This document shows, piece by piece, positions 1 to 8,848 of a stretch of 64,000 bases of DNA (position 1 is the stretch's first letter; the number at the start of each line of letters is the position of its first letter). Under the pieces are notes generated by a model. That model had not been told where the DNA came from and did no database searches. It worked only from the letters and a program-made list of their open reading frames with translations. Both the position numbers and the translations under genes were made by a program. The DNA is from Deltaproteobacteria bacterium (GTDB lineage: Bacteria > BMS3Abin14), in contig JAADHJ010000044.1 in the NCBI GenBank assembly GCA_013151915.1, forward strand, positions 67,029 through 131,028, given 5' to 3'.

Positions 1-430
1 CGGTCCGGAAAAGGGACGACTTGAGAAGAAGGTAGCCGGGCTCGGCATGGATGACCGGGTTGTTTTTACCGGGAATCTGGCGCCGCATGAGGTTGTCCGG
101 TGTTATCTGGCCGCCGACCTTTTCGTGTTTGCCTCGACCTCCGAGACTCAGGGAATGGTTTTGCTGGAAGCCATGGCCGGTGGCTGTCCGGTAGTGGCGG
201 TGCGAGCCAGCGGGGTCTACGACGTGGTCAAAGACGGCTACAATGGATTCAAGGTGCCGGAAAGCACCGAGAGCTGGGCCGAAGCGGTTGCAAATCTTTT
301 AGAGGACGACCAACGGTTATCGGTCTTGTCTGAGAACAGTCTGGCATTTGCCGAGGACTATTCCATGGAAAAAATCACGGAAAAGGTCTTAAGACTTTAT
401 CGGCGGGTAGTTGTCCTCGCTCAATCATAA
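1..430 (+). CDS. Glycosyltransferase family 4 (GT-B fold), C-terminal fragment; the 5' end lies outside the window
   Basis: ORF 47..430 is open back to position 1. The C-terminal GT1/GT4 signature is present (LAADLFVFAS...E..G.VLLEAMAGGCPVV, E-x7-E motif). Confidence 0.7.
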   Translation, partial: GPEKGRLEKKVAGLGMDDRVVFTGNLAPHEVVRCYLAADLFVFASTSETQGMVLLEAMAGGCPVVAVRASGVYDVVKDGYNGFKVPESTESWAEAVANLLEDDQRLSVLSENSLAFAEDYSMEKITEKVLRLYRRVVVLAQS

Positions 431-550
431 AACGGTTAATATCGCATGTTAACCTGAGCCAGTCGAAGGGTACAGCTCCAGGTACTTATTTGCGGGATGA
501 ACCATAAAACATATTTTTACAGCAGGAACAATTTGTTGGGTGGCGGTGCA

Positions 551-1234
551 ATGAGAATATTGATCGTCGATGATGAGCAGTCCTTATTAGATCAACTCAA
601 GCGCGCACTTGAAGGCCAGCGCTACATGGTTGAGACCGCACCGGATGGCGAAGAGGCTTTGGACAAGCTGTTTGATACCCCGTTCGATTTGATCATTCTG
701 GATATCATGTTGGCGAAACGGGACGGGCTATCTGTCCTGCAGGAAATTCGACAGGCCGGCATAATCACGCCCGTTCTCATGCTGACCGCCAGGGGGGAAG
801 TCGGCGACAGGATCAAGGGGCTTGATCTGGGCGCTGACGACTATCTGGCCAAACCATTTTCGCTGGATGAGTTGCTGGCGCGCATCCGTGCCCTGTTCAG
901 GCGATCCGGCAGCCAGGCTGATTCGGTGCTGCAGGTCCGGGACCTGCAGCTCGATACCGTAAGCCGCGAAGTGACCAAAGGAGGCGAACCCGTGGAACTG
1001 ACCGCCAGGGAGTTCTCCATTCTGGAATTTCTTTTCTACAACAAGAACAGGGCCGTGTCGCGTTTCAGCCTGGCTGAACATGTTTGGGGAGACGCATTTG
1101 ATCCCTTCAGCATGTCGAATTTCATGGATGTCCATATTAAAAACCTGCGGCGTAAGATTGGGGATTCCGGCCCTGGCATCATCATCCGGACCATTCGTGG
1201 TGTAGGGTATATTATCAAGGATGAAGCAGAATGA
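551..1234 (+). CDS. OmpR-family response regulator (receiver + winged-helix DNA-binding domain)
   Basis: MRILIVDDEQ...D receiver motifs and a C-terminal winged helix (TAREFSILEFL...IRTIRGVGY). The start is taken at ATG 551 rather than the extended ORF start at 497. The stop overlaps the downstream kinase start (ATGA). Confidence 0.85.
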   Translation: MRILIVDDEQSLLDQLKRALEGQRYMVETAPDGEEALDKLFDTPFDLIILDIMLAKRDGLSVLQEIRQAGIITPVLMLTARGEVGDRIKGLDLGADDYLAKPFSLDELLARIRALFRRSGSQADSVLQVRDLQLDTVSREVTKGGEPVELTAREFSILEFLFYNKNRAVSRFSLAEHVWGDAFDPFSMSNFMDVHIKNLRRKIGDSGPGIIIRTIRGVGYIIKDEAE

Positions 1235-2667
1235 CCGTTCGTCAAAAAATTTCCCTGTTGATTACAGCAGCCGGTTTTTTATCCAGTCTGGTATTTTCCT
1301 GCATCATATTGTGGGAAACGCTCGAACAGCCATTTAGAATTATTGATTCTGAGCTGGAAACCGCCGCCCAACGGGCTGTCGGTATTGTTTTAAAAAATGA
1401 GAAAAAGAGCTGGGAAAAGGGGTATTCGATTCAGGATAACCCTTTGTTTGTCGGCGATGATCGCTATTGGCTGAAGATTTACGATCAGAACACCGGTCGG
1501 CCGGTTTACCGGTCTCATTTGGCTACACTGATAGACATCCCGGAACCGGCACCAGGCTCCAGTGCTACTGTCAGCGTCATCATCCCCCCGGAAAAAATCC
1601 ATTTAGAGCAGGATCGTCAGAACGAGGTGACCTTCCGGGTCAAGGGTTCCAAAATTGTACTTGATGGGAGGACGTTTCTGGTTTATGTAGGCCGTCCCAT
1701 GGAAAAACTTGAAGAAGAAACATGGGATATCATAATTGGAGTCGTCAGCGGGCTTGCGTTTTCAGTGCTGCTGCTGATGGCTATCAGCTATTTTGTTGCC
1801 GGGTTTATCCTGAAACCCGTCAGGATCATAAACGACCAGGCCCGGGATATCACGGAAAAACACCTGCACCGGCGGATACCGGTAACCGGTGACCGTGATG
1901 AATTCAACGCGTTGGCGCAAACCCTCAACCAGGTCTTTGACCGGCTGCAGCATGCCTTCTTACGGCAAAAGAGGCTGCTTGCCGATGCGTCCCACGAATT
2001 GAAAACCCCACTGACCATGATGCGGTTGGCGCTGGATGAAATACGCTCAGCCCACGGCGAACATCCACCTGGCCTGCAAGCGGAAAACCTTGCGTGGCTG
2101 ACTGAGCAAGTGCTGCGCATGGAGCAGCTCGTGAAAAATCTTTTGGATCTGTCATCGCTTGAAATCGAAGGCACCACAACAGAAGATCCGGTAGATGTGG
2201 TCAAAATGTTGGAATCATTGATAGCTGATTATTGTTTTTTGGCTGATACGCGCAATATTCAAATAAACGCCCGTCTTCCTGAGCAACTTATCGTGAAAGG
2301 AAATGCGGCAAAGTTGAACCGCGCATTTTCCAATATTCTGGACAATGCCGTCAAATATAACGTGAATGGCGGCCGGGTTGAAGTGGTCGGCGACCAATCC
2401 GCTGCTGAACTGACGATAATCGTAACCAACACGGGCCCGGGCGTTGCCGAGGCTGAAATCCATAAGGTCTTTGAACAGTTTTATCGGGTCGAAAAGTCCA
2501 GGTCGCTTCAGCACGGCGGTTCCGGCTTGGGACTGGCAATCGTGAAGAGAATTGTCGAACTTCACGGCGGAAGAGTAAAATTGGAGAGCGAACAAGGGGC
2601 CTGGACCCGGGTAACGGTCTGTCTGCCCTGGGACCGGGAGACGGTCAAGGGCGGAAGTGTCGGGTAA
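1231..2667 (+). CDS. Sensor histidine kinase (2 TM, periplasmic domain, HAMP, HisKA, HATPase_c)
   Basis: H-box LADASHELKTPLT plus N, G1 and G2 boxes (NAVKYN, GGSGLGLAIVKRIVELHGG). There are two hydrophobic segments. The start overlaps the regulator by 4 bp, consistent with an operon. Confidence 0.85.
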   Translation: MTVRQKISLLITAAGFLSSLVFSCIILWETLEQPFRIIDSELETAAQRAVGIVLKNEKKSWEKGYSIQDNPLFVGDDRYWLKIYDQNTGRPVYRSHLATLIDIPEPAPGSSATVSVIIPPEKIHLEQDRQNEVTFRVKGSKIVLDGRTFLVYVGRPMEKLEEETWDIIIGVVSGLAFSVLLLMAISYFVAGFILKPVRIINDQARDITEKHLHRRIPVTGDRDEFNALAQTLNQVFDRLQHAFLRQKRLLADASHELKTPLTMMRLALDEIRSAHGEHPPGLQAENLAWLTEQVLRMEQLVKNLLDLSSLEIEGTTTEDPVDVVKMLESLIADYCFLADTRNIQINARLPEQLIVKGNAAKLNRAFSNILDNAVKYNVNGGRVEVVGDQSAAELTIIVTNTGPGVAEAEIHKVFEQFYRVEKSRSLQHGGSGLGLAIVKRIVELHGGRVKLESEQGAWTRVTVCLPWDRETVKGGSVG

Positions 2668-2690
2668 TTACCATCCCTGTTCATTCTTTG

Positions 2691-3680
2691 CTATATTAAT
2701 TTCCTTCTGCTTAAAAAAAGCAATATTAAAAGATACATACATCCTGTTATGATTATTATATCAATAAAATGGACCACAATAAATGCATAAATAAATATCC
2801 AAGCATCATGAATCAATCTGTCGATTAATTCAAAGTCAGGGCTTTTTAATTTTTTAACTTCATATTTAATTCCTTCTTGAGATATATTGACTTTCATATA
2901 ATGGTAAAAATAATGGGATGGGTCAGTTCCGGCTAATTCACCTCCAGCTCCTCCTGTGATAGTAAAAGGTGTATTCTTCCAATATCCTTTGTAATATCCA
3001 TGAATGTGCGAGCAAAATAACATTGAAACATGATATTTATCAAAAATATCATTTAACTGTCCTGCAAATGTCAAATCTTTCAAGCTGTGACCTTCTTCGT
3101 TTTCTCCTTGGCGTGGATCATATAATGGGACATGCATAAATACAAAGCGGTATTTATACGATTGTGCTTTTTGCAACTCGTTTTCTAACCAATCCAACTG
3201 CCATAAATCCAATCTTTCTTCATTTGCATCATCAAGGATGATGAAGTATGATTCACCAACCTTGAAGGAATAATAGAATCTTCCAAACATTGGATAGTAA
3301 TTAGCTCTTCCATCTTCGCGTAATTCATGATTGCCAATCGCTGTAAGGAAAGGTTTATCGGCTTTTTTAATCTGATTTATAAAAAATCTGAATTTTTCCT
3401 TTTCTCCGTCCTCGACTAAGTCTCCGATGTCGATGGCAAATATTATATCATCATGATTTAATTTGTTTATCAATTCATCAAATGTTGTTATTGAATTCTT
3501 ATTGTCGCCGAACACGGCAAAGCTATATGTATCGTTTGTTTTATCAATTTTTTTAATTTCATGATAATTCCAATCATTAACTTCAGGGAAGGTAAATATT
3601 GAATATAGTTTTATTGTTACTGAGAATATTAAAATCAATATTACAGCATAGCTTATATATTTATTAAAATATTTTTTCAT
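2691..3680 (-). CDS. Membrane-anchored calcineurin-like metallophosphoesterase
   Basis: MPP motifs are present (FAVFGDN, DIGDLVE, GNHE, HVPLY, SHIHGY). There are N- and C-terminal hydrophobic segments. The gene lies in a strongly AT-rich islet. Confidence 0.75.
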   Translation of the reverse strand: MKKYFNKYISYAVILILIFSVTIKLYSIFTFPEVNDWNYHEIKKIDKTNDTYSFAVFGDNKNSITTFDELINKLNHDDIIFAIDIGDLVEDGEKEKFRFFINQIKKADKPFLTAIGNHELREDGRANYYPMFGRFYYSFKVGESYFIILDDANEERLDLWQLDWLENELQKAQSYKYRFVFMHVPLYDPRQGENEEGHSLKDLTFAGQLNDIFDKYHVSMLFCSHIHGYYKGYWKNTPFTITGGAGGELAGTDPSHYFYHYMKVNISQEGIKYEVKKLKSPDFELIDRLIHDAWIFIYAFIVVHFIDIIIITGCMYLLILLFLSRRKLI

Positions 3681-3703
3681 TTATTCATTTCATTTATCAT
3701 TGT

Positions 3704-4300
3704 TTAGTCCTTTGGATAAAACTTTGATACAGTATCTCCAACCTCTTCAAGCCATCGGCTCCGTTGTTCAATTGTGCTTATTATAACCATTTTAAACATC
3801 TTTCGATGGAATCGTGTAACTCCGCAAAGACCAAATATGCAATTCTTCCATATAGTTTCTAAAGGATCACCAAAAACCTTCTCCTCTCTTTCAGGTAAAG
3901 TATTGGATGTATTGAATACAATAGCTGATTGTGCTTTCAATAATCCTTTTGGTACCCCTTCGCCCTCGTCGCCTTCTTGAAATTCGTATGCAACTCCAGG
4001 ACGAATTACTCTATCCATCCATCCTTTCAAGATTGCGGGCGGCTGACCCCACCAGTTTGGATGAACTATTATAATTCCATCAGAATCTTTCAATTCATTA
4101 CAATACTTCTCTATATACGGATGAATATCTGCATCTCTTTCCATCTCATTTGCAGGAAGAATTGGATCAAAACTTTCTTCATATAAATCATGAAAAAATA
4201 TATGATGGCCTTGCGATATAAGTGTCCTTAATGCAATATCGGCAATTGCGTGATTGAAGCTATTGCTGTCTGGATGCGCAAGTATTATTGATAATTTCAT
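3704..4300 (-). CDS. Flavodoxin-like fold NAD(P)H dehydrogenase (quinone) / Flavodoxin_2 family
   Basis: The N-terminus MKLSIILAHPDSNSFNHAIAD and overall length and pattern are typical of MdaB/KefF-like FMN reductases. The gene is AT-rich, like its neighbour. Confidence 0.65.
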   Translation of the reverse strand: MKLSIILAHPDSNSFNHAIADIALRTLISQGHHIFFHDLYEESFDPILPANEMERDADIHPYIEKYCNELKDSDGIIIVHPNWWGQPPAILKGWMDRVIRPGVAYEFQEGDEGEGVPKGLLKAQSAIVFNTSNTLPEREEKVFGDPLETIWKNCIFGLCGVTRFHRKMFKMVIISTIEQRSRWLEEVGDTVSKFYPKD

Positions 4301-4384
4301 CTTGTTTATCTCTAATCAATATTTACGAATCTCTCTTCGCACCGTGCAGCAGTATCCCGCGTCCGCTGCATTTGCCTTGTTCGA

Positions 4385-4999
4385 TCACCTCGATGCAACT
4401 GCCACTTTTATCCCAAAACCAATAAACAGCCATCCGCACACCTTCCGTGTGATTGACTGAATCGTGTGACTTTCTTGAAATGCCACGCCAACTCTGGATG
4501 AGACATGGCTGAGAATGCAGAGATATGTGAAGCTGATCGCCATGAAAACAAAGGTCATGCCGACATATGGAACAAGTAGTCCACCTTGAGCAGATTGAAT
4601 AAATACCGGAAAAAACGCCATAAAGAAAAATACGGCTTTGGGATTGAGCAGCGTAATCGTGAGAGCTCTCCGCAAAGACAAAGCAGAATCCTGAGGAACC
4701 ACTGACTTGTTTTTCCGATTGGCGAAGATTGACTGCAAGCCGAGAAAAATCAGATAGCCGGCACCAATCAGGCGAACAGCGTGAAAAAGTGATGGGTGTG
4801 TCATGAAAAGCGCAGAAATGCCGAGTAGAGAGAGCATGATCAAACATGTGTCACCGAGCATGATGCCGAACATGGCCATGCGTCCTGCTCTCGCACCTAC
4901 AGATCCGGCTGTCTTAGCCACGAAAACAGAGCCGGGACCGGGCGCAAGCACAACGGCTAACGAAGCAACGGTAAATCCTATCCAGTCAACATTTGTCAT
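4385..4999 (-). CDS. LysE/RhtB-family amino-acid exporter
   Basis: Six hydrophobic segments are predicted. The LysE-type N-terminus reads VDWIGFTVASLAVVLAPGPGSVFVA. The start is placed at the internal ATG (MTNVDW), not the extended ORF start. Confidence 0.75.
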   Translation of the reverse strand: MTNVDWIGFTVASLAVVLAPGPGSVFVAKTAGSVGARAGRMAMFGIMLGDTCLIMLSLLGISALFMTHPSLFHAVRLIGAGYLIFLGLQSIFANRKNKSVVPQDSALSLRRALTITLLNPKAVFFFMAFFPVFIQSAQGGLLVPYVGMTFVFMAISFTYLCILSHVSSRVGVAFQESHTIQSITRKVCGWLFIGFGIKVAVASR

Positions 5000-5323
5000 G
5001 TTTGTCTTCCTGATTGAACTGGTTATTCTACACAAAATCTCCGTTTGCCGGGGACGGACCACCTCCACAGCCACACATTATAACGTCCAGTGCCGGGTTA
5101 TCAAGCGGAACATGAAGAATCAGCTGATGATGAAGCTGTCGTACGATGGCGGTTTGTGTCTGATGGAACTGCTGCGAGGATCTCGACCATGAATATTTTT
5201 CAATTTTTCTCCTTGATTTCCTTCCCATTCGCTACTAAATAATTATTGAGGGCCTACTGGTGGGGCACCTTTGGCCATGCCCTGTGTCAGCCTTTAAGCG
5301 GAAAGCCTGGGGTGGAATATTCC

Positions 5324-6055
5324 ATGATGTTCAAGCCGATCAAAAAGACGAGGGTGTACGAGGAGATTGTCGCAAAAGTGACCGAGATGATTAACAATGG
5401 CATTCTCAAGGAGGGTGACCAGCTTCCGGGGGAGCGGGAGTTGGCGGAGACGTTCAGCGTAAGCAGATCGTCCCTTAGGGAAGCTCTCCGAACACTTGAG
5501 AGCCAGGGGTTTCTGGAAAGCCGGCAGGGAAACGGGACATACGTGGCCAGCCAGCCCGTCGAGCTGTTGGTGAAACCCTTTGCCTCTGTAATCCTTTCTG
5601 AAAAGGGTGCGCAGAGTGAACTGTTCGAGATGCGGCGGTTAATAGAACCTCAGGTCGCCTATCTGGCTGCCGAACGGGCCACATCTGAAGAGATTGACCA
5701 GATGGAAAAAATCCTTGCCGATCAGGAATCGCAGGTTGCCGGGGGAGGGACAGGCACGGATGTTGATAAGGCGTTTCATTACGCGTTGGCTGAGGCGACA
5801 AAAAACAGGATTCTTCTGCGTATGATGGACGCCGCCATGGAGTTTTTCAGCGAGAGCCGTGATAACTACCTGCAGATAAAGGGAAGGCCGGAAAAATCCC
5901 TTGTTCGCCACAAAGAGATGCTCAACGCCATTAAAGCGGGGGAGAAGAAGCTCGCGGCCGGTATAATGCGTGAGCACCTCGAGGATATCGAGAGCAGTCT
6001 GTTTGAGGTAAAAGACAGGAAAATCTCGGCGAAGTCCGTCGGTAAAAGCAACTGA
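5324..6055 (+). CDS. GntR-family transcriptional regulator, FadR/FCD subfamily (paralog 1)
   Basis: The N-terminal GntR HTH (ERELAETFSVSRSSLREALRTLESQGFLESRQGNGTYV) is followed by a C-terminal FCD-type helical domain. It is about 93% identical to the paralog at 44831..45565. Confidence 0.8.
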   Translation: MMFKPIKKTRVYEEIVAKVTEMINNGILKEGDQLPGERELAETFSVSRSSLREALRTLESQGFLESRQGNGTYVASQPVELLVKPFASVILSEKGAQSELFEMRRLIEPQVAYLAAERATSEEIDQMEKILADQESQVAGGGTGTDVDKAFHYALAEATKNRILLRMMDAAMEFFSESRDNYLQIKGRPEKSLVRHKEMLNAIKAGEKKLAAGIMREHLEDIESSLFEVKDRKISAKSVGKSN

Positions 6056-6179
6056 TCCAGACCTTTCCATCTTGTCCCCATGCCGCCCCCGGGTCGCGCC
6101 CCCCAGGTCACCCGGTACGCCGGGTCCATTATCCAAGGTAGGCGCCAATATCCTCTTTTCGAGTAGCCCCGCAGTTAAT

Positions 6180-6221
6180 AAAGAACGGTCATTCCCATCT
6201 TAGGGGGAATAACCGTTCTTT
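6180..6221. terminator. Bidirectional stem-loop between convergent genes (gntR paralog 1 and the lipoprotein)
   Basis: A 17-bp perfect inverted repeat AAAGAACGGTCATTCCC...GGGAATAACCGTTCTTT. A T-run lies a few bases downstream on the plus strand. Confidence 0.4.
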
Positions 6222-6260
6222 CAAGGGTACTTTTTTTACCTGTCGAAAATCGATCCGGTG

Positions 6261-7310
6261 TTACTGAATGATGTAAGGCATTCCCCAGGCAGTGGAGTTG
6301 TAGGGCGCTTCAAGCTGGGCGAAGGTTGCCGAGTCGATGACGTCCACGGCCGCGAAATGCCGTCCCTTGCACGGTCCTATTGTGTAGGTCCGGCTGTAAA
6401 TCCCGTCTCCCGCGGTTATGTCTCCATTGGTCCCGTCATCGAACATCACGTCTCTTATTCTTTTCCCAAAGAGCCCGGGTCCCGGGCGGTGAAGAAAGAC
6501 GAACTGCGCCGGGTTGAAACCGGAGGTGGATGAATTTTCCACCTGGACCTCCACCAACACCTCTTCGCCGGTGGAAAATGTGGGAATTTCCCCCGGGACC
6601 TCGAAGAGATTATCGGGGGCGTCGGTTTCCCACACTGTCTCTCCGTTAACCGATGCGCCGAGCCATGTTATCTCGACGGTCTGCTGGTCCATGTTGGTCA
6701 GGTTAATATCCACAGGGGAGATTTCCGTTAATTTCCAACCTGCGGGCGTCCTGGCGAATTGAGCATGACGCACAGCTGTGTCCTCGAAGGGCTTGCCCCA
6801 TAGAACCAGGGTGCCGCCGACATCATCGGCGATAAAGAAGGTCCCCTCGAGGAAGTGGGTGACCGATACGGAGGCCGTGTCGCCGACGATTGAGATGTCG
6901 ATATCTTTTTGCACCAGGTTGACATCCCCCCTCCACCAGAAACGCGGCAGGCTGGCCGCTGTCCCTTCCTCGGCGGAGAGGGATTGAAGGGATACCACCC
7001 CGGTATAAGGAACTGCCTGGGCCTGGGATGCGGCTTCCTCATCTTCGCTGGTGTCCGTAAGATCGGTCCCGAAGAGCCCCGATGATTCCATCTCACCGAC
7101 AATCGCCGCCTGATCGGCCGACATGGGCTGAGTCGATTCGGCCGTGCCGCCGCATCCCGCCGCCAGGAGGCCCAGGAGGCCCAGGAGGGAAATTGACGCC
7201 AGTGTCAGAGACACACACGGTCTTTTGCCATGGAAAACCGCCTTGATACCATCCATCTTTTTCTCCTTTCCCTTTTTGACAACTTTTTTTTCGCGCAGGG
7301 TTCTGAACAT
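6261..7310 (-). CDS. Hypothetical lipoprotein (secreted)
   Basis: Signal peptide with lipobox (LLGLLAAGCGG). There is no recognisable catalytic motif. The start could be the internal Met (MDGIK, about 7256). Confidence 0.5.
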   Translation of the reverse strand: MFRTLREKKVVKKGKEKKMDGIKAVFHGKRPCVSLTLASISLLGLLGLLAAGCGGTAESTQPMSADQAAIVGEMESSGLFGTDLTDTSEDEEAASQAQAVPYTGVVSLQSLSAEEGTAASLPRFWWRGDVNLVQKDIDISIVGDTASVSVTHFLEGTFFIADDVGGTLVLWGKPFEDTAVRHAQFARTPAGWKLTEISPVDINLTNMDQQTVEITWLGASVNGETVWETDAPDNLFEVPGEIPTFSTGEEVLVEVQVENSSTSGFNPAQFVFLHRPGPGLFGKRIRDVMFDDGTNGDITAGDGIYSRTYTIGPCKGRHFAAVDVIDSATFAQLEAPYNSTAWGMPYIIQ

Positions 7311-7447
7311 GAAGACACGCGTGAAAGGAAAAGGTTTAAAAGTAAATTCCCGTTGGATCGTTTCAGGAGGGTCATGGCCCTTGATAATATGCCATGCGAA
7401 AGGATATGTACCTGATTGCGGCCGGGTTGTTATGGGACCCGTCGTTT

Positions 7448-8005
7448 TCAGCCTGTGGTACGCTCTTCGTAGCGTTCCACCATCTGCCGGTAACGGCTCA
7501 CGAAATCGGCAGGCACCGACCCTTCAGCCCGGCGGTAGGCGGTCAGTATCCCCGGCCGCATGTCTTCGGGGAGAATCCGCTCGGAGAGCGGGTAGAGTAT
7601 GTTGTCCTCCTTGTTGATATGATCGCGCAGCAGGGCTGCGTAGCCTCGGGCATTCTCGAGGATTGCCGTCTCCTGCCCTTTATTTCCAGCCAGCGCCTTT
7701 GTGGCTGCCTGTTCCAGACCCCGGACGAAGGCGCGTCCCTGGTCGTGCTCCATGAGCATCGCAGCTACCGGTGAATTATCTTCCGGCATGCCGTTTTCGA
7801 CCAGGGCGGTGAAGAGTGTGTCCTCCTCCTTGGCGTGGTGAAATTGGTCGGCGTAGTGACGGATGAAGTCCACCGCGTAGAGAAAAAACTGCCAGTCGGC
7901 AAAACGTCTCCGCTCCAGAAGTTCACAGTTCTTTTCAAGCAGGGCGATCATACGCAGAATCAGCCGGTGTTCTTCCACCAGCACCTTTGTCACATCTGTT
8001 TTCAC
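7448..8005 (-). CDS. Hemerythrin HHE cation-binding domain protein
   Basis: Paired H/E motifs typical of hemerythrin-like domains (EEHRLI, HHAKEEDTLF, MLMEHDQG, HINKEDNILYP). Confidence 0.65.
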   Translation of the reverse strand: MKTDVTKVLVEEHRLILRMIALLEKNCELLERRRFADWQFFLYAVDFIRHYADQFHHAKEEDTLFTALVENGMPEDNSPVAAMLMEHDQGRAFVRGLEQAATKALAGNKGQETAILENARGYAALLRDHINKEDNILYPLSERILPEDMRPGILTAYRRAEGSVPADFVSRYRQMVERYEERTTG

Positions 8006-8007
8006 GG

Positions 8008-8463
8008 TCAGTTCCTCAACTCACCGTCCACGCCGACGATTACAACCTCCAGGGGGACATCCTTTCCCGAGGCGGAGATCGCCTGCTGGACTACGGCCGC
8101 CAATCCACGACAGCAGGGGACTTCCATGATCGGCACCGTGACCGAACGGATGTTGTTCTGCTGGAACATGGCGGTCAGTTTCTCGATGTAGGGGCCGCAG
8201 TCGTCAAGTTTGGGGCAGGCGTTGACCAGTACCCGTCCCTTTATGAATTCGCGGTGGAAGTCGGCGTAGGCGAAAGGGACGCAGTCGGCGGCGACCAGCA
8301 GATCGGCATCCTGGAGCCAGGGCGCGGTGGGCGGTACCAGGGTCAGTTGGGTCGGCCACTGGCGCAGCTCGGACTGAAGGACGCCGGTTTCCGGTTGTTC
8401 GGTTTCGGGACGGTCGATGGTGCGCAGGTTGGAACCCGGGCATCCACAGGGCAGATCACTCAT
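8008..8463 (-). CDS. Cysteine-rich hypothetical protein, putative metal or Fe-S binding
   Basis: Cysteine motifs CGCPG, ADCVPF, CPKLDDCGPY and a CC pair. It overlaps its upstream and downstream neighbours by 4 and about 3 bp, consistent with an operon with DUF1858-like and hemerythrin genes. Confidence 0.45.
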   Translation of the reverse strand: MSDLPCGCPGSNLRTIDRPETEQPETGVLQSELRQWPTQLTLVPPTAPWLQDADLLVAADCVPFAYADFHREFIKGRVLVNACPKLDDCGPYIEKLTAMFQQNNIRSVTVPIMEVPCCRGLAAVVQQAISASGKDVPLEVVIVGVDGELRN

Positions 8464-8705
8464 AATGTACCTCCTGAAGCGGCGGATGGTTGTCGATTTT
8501 CGAGATAGTCATTGATTTGCTTTTCGATTTTCGCTTCGATCCCCTCGCCGAGGGCGTGGATGGAAACCACGTCCTTGAGCAGACAGATGCCGACGCCGCA
8601 TTCGACACAGCCGATCTCGTAGCCGTTGAGAATCTCCCCGATGCGGGGATAATTCTTGACCACGTTCTGTATCTGTTCTTCGCCGAGATTGTTCGCAAGC
8701 TTCAT
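8460..8705 (-). CDS. Small DUF1858-like redox protein (CxxC)
   Basis: 81 aa. The motif GCVECGVG is flanked by a pattern reminiscent of DUF1858 domains that accompany hemerythrin and hybrid-cluster proteins (IGEILNGYEIGCVECGVGICLLKD). Confidence 0.45.
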   Translation of the reverse strand: MKLANNLGEEQIQNVVKNYPRIGEILNGYEIGCVECGVGICLLKDVVSIHALGEGIEAKIEKQINDYLENRQPSAASGGTL

Positions 8706-8848
8706 CGTCTATCTCCTTATTGTTGTCTACAGCATAGCCGTACCGTGTCAGGGCGAACATGACATAGGTCAAAAACTTGAGGAAAAAATTTGGTTTTTGG
8801 GGGTATCAGGGAGCCTCGATGCGCTGATAAAAGAGGTTAGATGCCGAC

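Noticed and set aside
5246-5323. N-terminal extension of the first GntR regulator (ORF-track start at 5246)
   Set aside because: The paralog alignment and conserved GAATATTCCATG context place the start at 5324. The upstream 26 codons derive from the duplicated 3' end of the Cdc48-like gene read in another context.
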